Assembly (NCBI RefSeq): GCF_044324875.1
Contig: NZ_CP172185.1
Source of the DNA: Escherichia coli
GTDB taxonomy: Bacteria > Pseudomonadota > Gammaproteobacteria > Enterobacterales > Enterobacteriaceae
Direction: 5' to 3' (one strand)
DNA: 64,000 nt
Shown: one piece after another, positions 18,618 to 28,121 of the stretch
How the letters are laid out: every line of letters starts with the position of its first letter
How positions within the stretch are numbered: the stretch's first letter is position 1
Position numbers and translations under genes: made by a program
Notes under the pieces: generated by a model
Seen by the model: only the letters and a program-made list of their open reading frames with translations
What the model was told of the DNA's origin: nothing
Database searches by the model: none

Positions 18618-20039
18618 ATGATGATGAAGATGAAAACAGGTGTGGTGGCACTGAGTGTGATGCTGTGCTGCAGTACTCCGGTGATGGCTGATCTTCTTTC
18701 TCTGCCGAAACTGAATGACAGCACGTTCGGTTACGGGAAATCCGTTGATGGCGCCGTATCCGACAAACTGTTCTATACGCTGGGTGGCGGCTCGGTGATC
18801 TCACAGCCGGCCACGCGCAGCAACATGCAGAAGCTGGGTATGGACCTGGGCTGGAGCAGCGATCTGATGTGCGGCAACTTTGACCTGAAGACCACGGTGG
18901 GTAATCAGCTTAACGGCGTGACTGAAGGCTTTAAAAATCTGATGGGGGATGTGATTCAGGGGGCGACCGGCGCCGTTGCCAGTCTGCCGGCGATGGTGAT
19001 ACAGCGTGCCAATCCAGGCCTGTACGACATGATCACCAACGGTGTGCTGCAGGCGAATGTGGCTTTCGACAAGGCGCAACTGAACTGCCAGAACATGGCA
19101 AAACGGATGATGGACTTTTCTGATCGCAGCAAATGGACGCAGGCTGCGATGCTGGAAGAGTACAAGAAGGTGGTGAACAGCGGTGACGGTGATGCGGTGA
19201 AAGGGGATGAGGCCGGGCGTCAGGCCACCGGGAAGGAGGGTAAGAAATGGATTGGCGGACAGCAGCGCGGCGGGGCAGGTCAGCCCGCCATCCGGCCGGT
19301 GCATGATCTGACAGCGGCCGGGTTTAACATGATGAACAGTCTGCCCGTGACCAGTAGGGCCAGCGTCAGTGCCGGTAACTGTAACGGCAGCGCCTGTGAG
19401 ATGTTCCGGAATGCAGAAGAGGCCGCTAAGGCGGTGGTAAAGGTGCTGGGTGATCGTACCATGCGCACCTGTACGGATGCGAAGGCCTGTACCAGCGGGG
19501 ATAATGAACAGCAACAGGGAACCGTTGCAGGAACGGGGTTTGCGCCGGTGCTGGAAGAGGCGACTAGGGTGAACACGGAACAATTGGTCCGTCTGGTGAA
19601 TGGTCAGGAAAAACCCACTGCAGAGAATCTGGCAAAACTGAAAACCGGCAGTCTGGCTGTATCTGCAGGGGTGATCCATGCCCTGCGTCGTGACCCGGAC
19701 AATATGTCCCTGACGTCACGGCTGGCGGGAGAACTGGCGATGGCGCATACCGTGGAAACGGCTCTGGTGATGCGCAGAATGCTGCTCACCGGGATGTCTG
19801 AGCCGTACGCGGCCGCAGAAGATGCCGCGATTCAGGAAGGCGACCGGCGTATCGCTGCACTGGACAGGGAAATCATGGCGCTGAAGAACGAGATGGAGCT
19901 GAAACGCGATCTGGCACGTAACAGCGTGCTGACCATCATTGAACGCGACAATGAGCGCGTGGGCAGCAACCCGATGATCCAGCCTGCAGACAATACTGAC
20001 AGTCGTGTCCGGGCACTGGACATTCCGGACGGGGAGTAA
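18618..20039 (+). CDS. ICE exported transfer protein
   Basis: signal peptide, 473 aa, C-terminal coiled coil. Confidence 0.45.
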   Translation: MMMKMKTGVVALSVMLCCSTPVMADLLSLPKLNDSTFGYGKSVDGAVSDKLFYTLGGGSVISQPATRSNMQKLGMDLGWSSDLMCGNFDLKTTVGNQLNGVTEGFKNLMGDVIQGATGAVASLPAMVIQRANPGLYDMITNGVLQANVAFDKAQLNCQNMAKRMMDFSDRSKWTQAAMLEEYKKVVNSGDGDAVKGDEAGRQATGKEGKKWIGGQQRGGAGQPAIRPVHDLTAAGFNMMNSLPVTSRASVSAGNCNGSACEMFRNAEEAAKAVVKVLGDRTMRTCTDAKACTSGDNEQQQGTVAGTGFAPVLEEATRVNTEQLVRLVNGQEKPTAENLAKLKTGSLAVSAGVIHALRRDPDNMSLTSRLAGELAMAHTVETALVMRRMLLTGMSEPYAAAEDAAIQEGDRRIAALDREIMALKNEMELKRDLARNSVLTIIERDNERVGSNPMIQPADNTDSRVRALDIPDGE

Positions 20040-20043
20040 GCGT

Positions 20044-20403
20044 ATGGCGATGACTCAGGGGACAAAAGCGGGGCTGGTTCTGAAGGGCGTTAAGGTGGCC
20101 GGCATGTGGCTGTCGGGCCTTATTGCCATGATGATTCTGGCCCTCCTGGTGGCTGATACGGGCATGCGGAATACGCAGGAAGTGGAAGCATTACGGCTCT
20201 GGCTCCACGAGACACGTTTCGGATGGCTGGGGTGGCGGGTGTGCCTCTACGGTGCGCTGGCATGGGGATGCCGGAAAACCTGGCGTGCGCCGGGGTTCAG
20301 ACCGGAATACCGCCGTCCCTTTGCGCGGATTTGTCTGGTCAGTGCCCTGTTTGCGTTACTTTGCGAGTACAGCATTTTTTTCGGACCGGGGGTTGAACTG
20401 TGA
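20044..20403 (+). CDS. small ICE membrane protein
   Basis: GGGGAG RBS; TM helices; table ORF 20005 trimmed to ATG 20044. Confidence 0.4.
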   Translation: MAMTQGTKAGLVLKGVKVAGMWLSGLIAMMILALLVADTGMRNTQEVEALRLWLHETRFGWLGWRVCLYGALAWGCRKTWRAPGFRPEYRRPFARICLVSALFALLCEYSIFFGPGVEL

Positions 20404-21923
20404 CCACGAATAACTATCTGGAACACTTTCTGACCCTGCTGGGCTGGCTGGTGAATAATGGCCTGTGGGATCTGCTGACGGGGACGGGGCTGTTTGCCCT
20501 GCCACTGGCCTTCAGGGTTATCGGGATCTGGCTGAAAGTGCGGGAAGAGGGGGCGGATGAGGGAAATAAAGGGATGCTCTCACTGCCCCGCATTGAGCAT
20601 GCCCTGTATGGTGCATTTTTTGTGATGGTGGCCTGTTGTGTGCCGCTGGTACAGGTGACGCTGGACACGCTGAAATTTGATCGCAGCCGTGCCCAGACCT
20701 GCGGTGTGTGGACACCGAAAGCACCCGGTGATACCGGGTACAGCGGGGTGATCAGCAGCCTGGGTGACAGGACAGCGGCCGCCCCGGTGTGGTGGGTGGT
20801 GGTGCATAAACTCTCCAAAGGTGTGACGCAGGCTGCTGTGGCTTCCATTCCCTGCCGGCCGGATATACGGCAACTGCGTTTTGAGGTGCAGCGGACATTC
20901 ATTGCGAACCGGGCGCTGGCCGACGAGCTGCAGGATTTCACCAACGACTGTTACTCGCTGGCGCTATATCAGTGGAAGCAGCGTGACCAGGGGATGACGA
21001 AGGACAGGAAGCTGCTTTCGGATATCAGCTGGATTGGCAGCAGTACGTTCATGCAGGGTGACTACGGAACACTGCAGTCGAAAATGCCACGTGCGGCATT
21101 CCCGTGGAATAGCGCCCGTGACAGCGGCCGTCCGGATACGGGACGGGGTGGTTATCCCACATGCCGTGAATGGTGGAGTGACAGTAGTGTCGGGCTGAAG
21201 AAGCGGGTGACAGGGGAAGTCGATGAAGGACTGTGGTTGCGTATTTCGGCGGCAATGAAAATGCTGGGGAACGCGCAGGCGAACTACCAGGAGGAAATCA
21301 TCAAACGTCTGGTGAGTCCGGCGAACCTGACCCTGTCACAGGGTGGTGAGGTGTACCGCGGCTATGGCGGTAATGCAGATATGACGGCGGCGAATGCGGT
21401 CACGCGTGCAGCAGGCACGGCGGGGTCTGCCGTTGCGAGTCTGGCAGCGTTTCCGGCGTTTGATGCGATGCGGCAGGCGCTGCCGATGGTGCAGAGTATT
21501 CTGCTGATGGCGGTGTATATCATGCTTCCGTTGATTCTGGCGTTTGCGGCGTATGAATTCAGCACGCTGATCACACTGACGTTTGTGGTGTTTGCGCTGA
21601 ACTTCCTGACGTTCTGGTGGGAGCTGGCGCGGTGGCTTGACAGCTGGATGCTGACGGCCTTGTACAGTTCGGACACGCATTCCCGAGTGAACATGATGGG
21701 GCTGCAGAACACGTCGGATGATATCATCATGAATTTTGTGATGGGCACGATGTTTATTATATTGCCAGCGGTGTGGCTTGGGGCTTTATCCTGGGCGGGT
21801 ATTAGCGCAGGTGTTGCTATTGCTAATGCAGCCAGAGATGGAACAAGTGCAGCACATCAAGCAGCTTCAAAGGCAGGAGATCTTGTTGGGAAAGTAGGAA
21901 ATTCTTTAGGTAAAAATCAATAA
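20400..21923 (+). CDS. TraG_N-like mating-pair stabilisation membrane protein; C-terminal tail AT-rich
   Basis: GTG start overlapping upstream stop; multiple TM helices; composition shifts near 21760. Confidence 0.55.
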   Translation: MTTNNYLEHFLTLLGWLVNNGLWDLLTGTGLFALPLAFRVIGIWLKVREEGADEGNKGMLSLPRIEHALYGAFFVMVACCVPLVQVTLDTLKFDRSRAQTCGVWTPKAPGDTGYSGVISSLGDRTAAAPVWWVVVHKLSKGVTQAAVASIPCRPDIRQLRFEVQRTFIANRALADELQDFTNDCYSLALYQWKQRDQGMTKDRKLLSDISWIGSSTFMQGDYGTLQSKMPRAAFPWNSARDSGRPDTGRGGYPTCREWWSDSSVGLKKRVTGEVDEGLWLRISAAMKMLGNAQANYQEEIIKRLVSPANLTLSQGGEVYRGYGGNADMTAANAVTRAAGTAGSAVASLAAFPAFDAMRQALPMVQSILLMAVYIMLPLILAFAAYEFSTLITLTFVVFALNFLTFWWELARWLDSWMLTALYSSDTHSRVNMMGLQNTSDDIIMNFVMGTMFIILPAVWLGALSWAGISAGVAIANAARDGTSAAHQAASKAGDLVGKVGNSLGKNQ

Positions 21924-21970
21924 ATGGAAAAGAAAATAGCGTTTGTCGGAGTACAAACGCTATTAAAATT

Positions 21971-22177
21971 TTATTTTTGTTCTTCCCATTGTTGATATTC
22001 CCAATAGGGGCGAGAGTCTAAAAAGGCAGGTAATTCATCATTTTTTTCTGGTGAATTTGTCAATTTTATGGAATTTGACAACTCAACAGCCAAAAGTTTT
22101 TTCAGCAGAGAGCTGAAAGTCCATGGGGTATCAGATGTTTTGCAACTCCACATTGCTTTTTCTGTTTCATTGTTCAT
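21971..22177 (-). CDS. small hypothetical protein
   Basis: AGGAGG RBS 7 nt upstream of ATG; AT-rich. Confidence 0.3.
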   Translation of the reverse strand: MNNETEKAMWSCKTSDTPWTFSSLLKKLLAVELSNSIKLTNSPEKNDELPAFLDSRPYWEYQQWEEQK

Positions 22178-22474
22178 CTCGTGCCTCCTGTAAGTGGATA
22201 ATCATCCTGGTACTATCATACGTGTTGTATGATAAATATTCAATGCTTGCAAATCCAGGTGTAATTGTCTGATTTTACTCTTCTTGCTGTACAGCCTGTG
22301 ATGTGGGCCAGGACGTGGCACTGCATGTCACAATAGCTCCAGGAGCTTCAGTCTCAGCCCTGCTGAACATTGTGTGATTAATTTTTAAAAATGCGAAAAG
22401 AATAATCTCTCTTTTTAGTCGTCCGGCTATGCCTTAATTCTCCCTGAGTCAAAACCTGTATCAGGAGAAGCTGA

Positions 22475-23047
22475 ATGAAAATATCAAAACTGGTTGTTAT
22501 GGCTACAGTATGTTCCACGTTGAGTGCATGCTCTGTGGAAGAGATGGCTGCTGTGAACAAGAAAATCAGTGACGGTGCATTTGCTGTGACGAAAGCGCTC
22601 AACGGGGGAACGGGCTACGCGGATAATGGTATGCCGATCCTTAACAAGCAATTGCCGCCGGAGCAGGATAAACGCGAAAATATTATTGATGTCCCTGTTG
22701 ATGTGGATACCGCAGCAGGCCGACTGAAACGCTATTACAAGTTTTACTCAAATGATGAGGTGAATGCGATACGCAATAACGGCACAACTGACGGAAAATG
22801 GCAGGCAAGTGCGATTATTGACAATGGACATATCTGGGATGCGATGCCGGGCAGTTACTACAAAATGGGAGGAAACTGGCGTAAAAGCAGCTTTGATGAT
22901 CACCTGACGATTGAGGTGGAAAAGAACGGTAAGGGAAGCCGGGTCTATATCACCTATGCTTCAGCTTCTCAGGCGCATTTGCAGGCAAGTTCTCTTGAGC
23001 CTCTGTTTAAGCGAGTGAAGGATGTGGCTGAAGGAAAGGTTCGTTGA
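22475..23047 (+). CDS. hypothetical lipoprotein
   Basis: lipobox LSAC; AGGAGAAG RBS. Confidence 0.5.
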   Translation: MKISKLVVMATVCSTLSACSVEEMAAVNKKISDGAFAVTKALNGGTGYADNGMPILNKQLPPEQDKRENIIDVPVDVDTAAGRLKRYYKFYSNDEVNAIRNNGTTDGKWQASAIIDNGHIWDAMPGSYYKMGGNWRKSSFDDHLTIEVEKNGKGSRVYITYASASQAHLQASSLEPLFKRVKDVAEGKVR

Positions 23048-23270
23048 TGAGCACATCACGGGCAAGCCCTTATGGCTAAAGGAGAGGGAGATTGCCCGTG
23101 GCGGCCCACTTTTTTAATCATTTTTTTACCATGTTGTCCAGTATTTTTACATAAGTGAAACATCTGGTGTTGTTTTCTGTTCATCGTGCTGGAAGTTACA
23201 GGGCTTGTAATTGAACGGGGAGAGATGTAATTTACGTGCGCAAAAATTTTACTCAAGGGGGAGAAAACCG

Positions 23271-23534
23271 ATGAAACCGAATATCCATCCTGAATACCGT
23301 ACTGTGGTGTTCCACGATACCAGTATCGATGAGTACTATAAAATTGGTTCGACCATCAAGACTGAACGTGTGATTGAGCTTGATGGTGTCACCTATCCGT
23401 ACGTAACTATTGACGTTTCCTCTAAGTCGCATCCTTTCTACACCGGCAAACTGAGAACTGTTGCTTCAGAAGGTAACGTGGCGCGCTTTAACCAGCGTTT
23501 CGGGCGTTTTGTTGACACCAAAAAAGGTGCCTGA
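23271..23534 (+). CDS. rpmE2: 50S ribosomal protein L31 type B (zinc-independent paralog)
   Basis: 87 aa [18 protein letters not shown]... lacking the Cys zinc motif; near-identical to recalled YkgM. Confidence 0.8.
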   Translation: MKPNIHPEYRTVVFHDTSIDEYYKIGSTIKTERVIELDGVTYPYVTIDVSSKSHPFYTGKLRTVASEGNVARFNQRFGRFVDTKKGA

Positions 23535-23575
23535 CCAGAAATTGATCACAGGCGCGCTTGATACGCAAAAGTATT
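23468..23575. repeat. direct repeat copy 1 (about 108 bp; 3' end of rpmE2 plus downstream)
   Basis: about 90 percent identical to 26863-26970. Confidence 0.75.
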
Positions 23576-23640
23576 ATTTGTATTATTTCTGATATTTTAT
23601 TTCAAAGGCGGTATTTACCGCCTTAATTAGTTTTATCCGT

Positions 23641-24813
23641 TTATTTATTTCCTTTTGAACGATTATGCGTAACGCAAAGCATTTCGCAATTATCAGGCTT
23701 ACTTTCACCCCCCTTACTCCATGCGGAAACATGGTCGGCTTCCATTTCTTTCAAAGCCCAGATTTTTGTTTTATTGGCATTATCTGAACTGGCGCAAAGG
23801 GGGCAGTTTGAAATACCTTGTTGCTCCGCTTTATCTGTTTGCCTTTTGTAGGCTTGTTTTTTAATTTTTTCATCAAAAAAGCGAATGTTTAATAAACGTT
23901 TATCAGATTGACCACCTAACACATATTCCCAGATGCCTTTAATGTTTTTTACACTATCATCCTGATATAATTTATTGATTTGCGTGGCTAATTCACCTGG
24001 ATTGTATGGTTTGTCTTTATAGGTTTCGTATAAACGCCCCCATTCCAGTCCGCACATTTCTTTTTTTACCTCGGTAAATGTGGTGTTAACCCAGTCAATC
24101 ACGCTATTGAAATAGGTTTTTAATTCCTTGATATTGTCATCATTACGATGGGCATTCATGTATTCGCTGATATTTCCTTTACTGACCCAGTTTAACGCAC
24201 ATTCTAAAATTTCCTGGCGTTTAACATTACCTTTGATGTAAGCACTCCATTTTTGCACATTTGAATTAGCAGAATTACTGAATTCTGCTTTTGCCAGTGT
24301 AACAAATTTGCCCGAATACACCGCATTCAATAATTCTTGTTCATTTAAAGGGACGCCAGTAATATTAATCGTTTTAAACCATTCTTTAATTTCGCTTTCT
24401 GTACCCTTACATTTGTAAATCAGCAAAGTGGTTTGTTTGATTTTCTCTTGTTGGTCTTGCGGTAAACTATGGAAATAGTATGGCGTGCCTTTATCATCTA
24501 TAATGGCGAATTTTCCGGTAACAAACCGCCCAATACTGGTAATGCGCTGCTGACCATCCAGTACTTCAAATGTATCTTCTGTATCTTTGTCAGGTTGATT
24601 AAAATAAATCAAACCGAGCGGATAACCTTTTAATACTGACTGGATAACTGCCACATCTTTCTTACCGTCTGCATAAATATAATTGCGTTGATATTCGGGC
24701 TGAATGGTAAGCTTTCCTGATAAACCAAACAAGCCTTTTCCCTCCAGTTCATTATAAACAAATCCATCGCACAATTGTTCAACGGTGATTGATGTATCTA
24801 ATTGTGTTTTCAT
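23641..24813 (-). CDS. DUF262 (ParB-like, DGQQR) plus C-terminal HNH nuclease
   Basis: motifs QPEYQR and DGQQR near N-terminus; HNH-like HVSAWSKGG...[10 protein letters not shown] at C-terminus; 15 bp after methyltransferase stop. Confidence 0.6.
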   Translation of the reverse strand: MKTQLDTSITVEQLCDGFVYNELEGKGLFGLSGKLTIQPEYQRNYIYADGKKDVAVIQSVLKGYPLGLIYFNQPDKDTEDTFEVLDGQQRITSIGRFVTGKFAIIDDKGTPYYFHSLPQDQQEKIKQTTLLIYKCKGTESEIKEWFKTINITGVPLNEQELLNAVYSGKFVTLAKAEFSNSANSNVQKWSAYIKGNVKRQEILECALNWVSKGNISEYMNAHRNDDNIKELKTYFNSVIDWVNTTFTEVKKEMCGLEWGRLYETYKDKPYNPGELATQINKLYQDDSVKNIKGIWEYVLGGQSDKRLLNIRFFDEKIKKQAYKRQTDKAEQQGISNCPLCASSDNANKTKIWALKEMEADHVSAWSKGGESKPDNCEMLCVTHNRSKGNK

Positions 24814-24828
24814 TTTTCACTTTTCCTT

Positions 24829-25983
24829 TTATTTATTTTGTGGATTGATGTGTTTAATAAGAATGCGTCCATAAGTACGTTTGCCGTTAATAACTGTACA
24901 CCCACCCCTATCTTCAGAATGTTGAGAATAATTTAAAATCTCCAGTATCTCTTCGGGAGTTGATGCTCGTGTATTACCACTTGCTTGCCAAATAATTTCA
25001 AACTGTTCAGGACAATATTTATCCAAAAAGCTAATTGGCACGCCCATAACTCCTGCATAATCGCTAGGAATACCGTTAGTTCTGGGCACTTCAATAGCAT
25101 CATAATTGTCATATGCCTGATAAGCGTTAGGGTCATTGATAATTTGTTTGTTGTATTTTAAATTATCCGCCATAGACATTAGCTGTAAAGATTGATGCCG
25201 TCTGCCGTGTTCAATATTGGTAAACCAACAAGAGTTACCCAAACGAGTATAATCACCTATATATCCTAGACGCTCCGCTTTTTTCTTATCAGCTTCCCTC
25301 ACATCAGCACCTTGTGGTACAGCAAAAACCATATCATTACCATTCCCAGTAGCACCCAACCAAATTTTATTTCCTTTGATAAGTGGAAAAATCTCTTTAT
25401 AAGTAATAGCATTCATATTACCGATAACGGCAAACTGCTTTTTACCTTCCATAATCCATGCCATAAATTCGCGAAACAGCGAAAAAGGCGGATTGGTGAT
25501 AATTATGTCGCTTTCATCGCGTAGAGCTTTGATTTCATCACTACGAAAATCGCCATCACCCTGCAGGTATTGCCATTTAATATCTTTAAAATCAATTACA
25601 CCATCGTGATTACTGTCTTCGGTTAGCGTGTAAATTTTGCCATGTTTCTGGCTTTTATCACTGTCGTATTGTTCACTTTCGCTTTCAAATAATGATGGCT
25701 GATAAGCTGTGTTTAACTGTTTGGATTGATGAGCGTAGCTGGTACTGATGAGCTTCTTTAATCCAAGTCGTTCAAAGTTTTGTGCAAAATAAAGTGTGAA
25801 ATTGCTCCACTCGGGGTCATCACATGGTAAGAGAATGGTTTTGCCACGAAATACGTCTTTATTGAAATCAAGATAGGCATTCATCTCTTTTTCAATATCA
25901 TGGTATTGGGTGTAAAATTCGTCATTTTTGGCTTTTTTTGCAGCAGAAAGATTACTGTTTTTGGCAGAAATATTCTTTGACAT
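24829..25983 (-). CDS. N6-adenine DNA methyltransferase (NPPF motif)
   Basis: catalytic motif IITNPPF; GGAGG RBS 7 nt upstream. Confidence 0.6.
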   Translation of the reverse strand: MSKNISAKNSNLSAAKKAKNDEFYTQYHDIEKEMNAYLDFNKDVFRGKTILLPCDDPEWSNFTLYFAQNFERLGLKKLISTSYAHQSKQLNTAYQPSLFESESEQYDSDKSQKHGKIYTLTEDSNHDGVIDFKDIKWQYLQGDGDFRSDEIKALRDESDIIITNPPFSLFREFMAWIMEGKKQFAVIGNMNAITYKEIFPLIKGNKIWLGATGNGNDMVFAVPQGADVREADKKKAERLGYIGDYTRLGNSCWFTNIEHGRRHQSLQLMSMADNLKYNKQIINDPNAYQAYDNYDAIEVPRTNGIPSDYAGVMGVPISFLDKYCPEQFEIIWQASGNTRASTPEEILEILNYSQHSEDRGGCTVINGKRTYGRILIKHINPQNK

Positions 25984-26033
25984 TTCAAACCTCCAAAACA
26001 GTATTGAAGGTTTGAAAAAACGGGGTTACATTA

Positions 26034-26152
26034 TGCTTGTTGCTTGTTGCTTGTTGCTTGTTGCTTGTTGCTTGTTGCTTGTTGCTTGTTGCTTGTTGCT
26101 TGTTGCTTGTTGCTTGTTGCTTGTTGCTTGTTGCTTGTTGCTTGTTGCTTGT
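26034..26152. repeat. heptanucleotide microsatellite (TGCTTGT)x17
   Basis: 17 perfect tandem units, 119 bp, beginning 50 bp upstream of the methyltransferase ATG. Confidence 0.9.
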
Positions 26153-26211
26153 ATTAGCATTGGATTTTCCCTTTTACTTGTCAAGTATTTTCTTTTGGAT
26201 TCTGAAGTTTT

Positions 26212-26538
26212 TCACGTATTCGTAACGATGGCATCAAGTGCAGCGATAATTTCATTTCTGGATGAAGAAATATTACATATAAAATCTTTGCTGTTTATTT
26301 TTTTTGCATCCAGGAACGTGAGCGCCGGGGTGAACACATAGAAATCCGATGTCTCTATTTTAACTAATGGCGTTATCCTTTTCTTTTTAAGCTCAATATC
26401 ATTTTTTGATACCAGAGGCACGACTATCCTTGTGGTTAAATCGTCAAAATAATCATTCTGGAGAATAAGGTAGAACGGCCAGAGTTTATTCGTTCTGACC
26501 GATGGATTGCGGTATACATCAAATTGCTTTGGCATCAC
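26212..26538 (-). CDS. CcdB-like toxin candidate
   Basis: 108 aa; QFDVYRN...FYLILQNDYF...PL pattern resembles CcdB; 4-nt overlap with upstream antitoxin-like ORF. Confidence 0.4.
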   Translation of the reverse strand: MMPKQFDVYRNPSVRTNKLWPFYLILQNDYFDDLTTRIVVPLVSKNDIELKKKRITPLVKIETSDFYVFTPALTFLDAKKINSKDFICNISSSRNEIIAALDAIVTNT

Positions 26539-26783
26539 AGACTCCCAAAGAAATCGTCATCCGTCAACATTCCTGCTTTTGCCATAAATTTATTCATAGT
26601 GTGCATATCCTGTTTTTCTTCTTCCCGCTCTACAGTTTTGGCCTCGATAGCCTGTGCCAGAAGGTTATCCAGTGTTGCCGACAGGTTCATGTCCATACTC
26701 CGGGCTTTATCAACCAGTGAGGCCGTCAGGTAAACGTTGGTGCTTCTTTTGTTGCTGTTACGAGTGGTGGCAACTGTATTCAT
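26535..26783 (-). CDS. CcdA-like antitoxin candidate
   Basis: 82 aa from ATG 26783 (AGGAG RBS); table ORF 26535-26879 trimmed. Confidence 0.4.
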   Translation of the reverse strand: MNTVATTRNSNKRSTNVYLTASLVDKARSMDMNLSATLDNLLAQAIEAKTVEREEEKQDMHTMNKFMAKAGMLTDDDFFGSL

Positions 26784-26862
26784 TATGCTTGCTCCTGTGC
26801 GCAGATGTATGCGCATAATTATGATGGGGGAAGGATAAACAATCAAGTGTGATCCTTCCGTT

Positions 26863-26970
26863 AGAAGGTAATGTGGCATGCTTTAACCAGCGTTTCGGGT
26901 GTTTTGTTGACACCAAAAAAGGTGCCTGATCAGAAATCGATCACAGGCGCTATTGATATGCAAAAGTATT
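26863..26970. repeat. direct repeat copy 2 (about 108 bp)
   Basis: re-encodes ...[21 protein letters not shown] plus stop and downstream flank. Confidence 0.75.
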
Positions 26971-27053
26971 GCTTGAGTGTCTGAGGTCGGTTATTTTATG
27001 TTTCACAAGTAAAGAAGCATTTAAAAAGAAACTCACAGTCCATATTCCTTCAT

Positions 27054-27077
27054 CCCCGGTTACGGGGATTTTTTTTA
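27054..27077 (+). terminator. rho-independent terminator
   Basis: CCCCG GTTA CGGGG hairpin followed by T8; downstream of repeat copy 2. Confidence 0.45.
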
Positions 27078-27190
27078 GCTGCTGTCTGGTGAGGAGGAAA
27101 GGGGCTGTGTCGGGCAGGGCGCTGTAAGGCTGCGATTGTCCGGGTGATGTCTGAACATGCGGTATGTTTGTGTTAAACAAGGGGGGAGTA

Positions 27191-27378
27191 TGTGGATACT
27201 GATTTTCTGGCTTTCAACACCATATTCAGTGTCATCCAGCGTTGCCAGACAACCAACGCTTGCTGTTCATTCTCAGGAGTTCGCCAGCGAAAGGGCCTGC
27301 AGGAATGCGCTGGCTGAGATGAAGAAGGTGAATGTCGGAGAACTGACCCTGAGGGGTATCTGTGTCTCAAAAGAATAG
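27191..27378 (+). CDS. small exported protein, hypothetical
   Basis: G-rich RBS; signal-like N-terminus; 62 aa. Confidence 0.3.
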
Positions 27379-28121
27379 TGGGGGAGAGGGAGCGAACCAG
27401 GCAGTTTTATCAGGAATGTGATTCCGGCGAACCCGCTCGCCGCAGTCCGGCGACCGAACGTCAGTGAGTAAGCGGACGAGGAAGCGGAATGTCACCGTTC
27501 TTTCATAATGCACGAACGCTGTGTGGTTACATGGGGAAAGGATGAATGTCACCATTCTGTATCTGTTTCTGAAAAACAGTTCCGCTTGTTACCCTGTAAT
27601 TGCCGACTGGCGTTAGCATACAGAGGCGGTATTATCCCCTGTGATATCAGGGGTTATTTTGTTTTGCTCTGTAAGACCTGGCCAGCTATTATGCTGGCCT
27701 TTTTGTGGTTTATTGTTCGCAGTCCAGCATTGCAAATAATTTTCGTTTCTGTTCCTTCACATACTCAACATCAACAGTACAATCCAGATAACTTAACTCA
27801 TCTTCTGTCCAGGCATTGATGGATTCTTTTATTCGGTGTGTCACATCAGGTGTGAGTATGTCGCGCATTTCTCAATGGTATCCCGGCTTATTTCTCCTCG
27901 TGGAGATTCAAGCAGAGGAATTACGGCCTGATCTCCCGGAGGGAGTATAAGACGTAATTCATATTTAAGCGTTTCGTTGAGTAAACTACAGAAAGCACTG
28001 TATTTCTCTTTCCGGGTACTGTTCATCGTTTTATTCCTTCTAATTACTGTGCATGGGGTAAGATTAAAGTGTTTTGCAAAAAATGTACAAGTTGTTTTTA
28101 TCCTGATTTAATTTGATGTCA

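Noticed and set aside
18801-19679. 292-aa minus-strand ORF
   Set aside because: Antisense to the exported transfer protein gene 18618-20039.
26034-26152. Tandem repeat arrays as possible CRISPR arrays
   Set aside because: Units are 5-7 bp with no spacers and no cas genes; these are microsatellites. The same applies to 44281-44425.
25928-26341. Plus-strand ORFs translating the heptamer tract (LLVACC repeats)
   Set aside because: Reading frames created by the microsatellite itself on the strand opposite the methyltransferase operon; no RBS.
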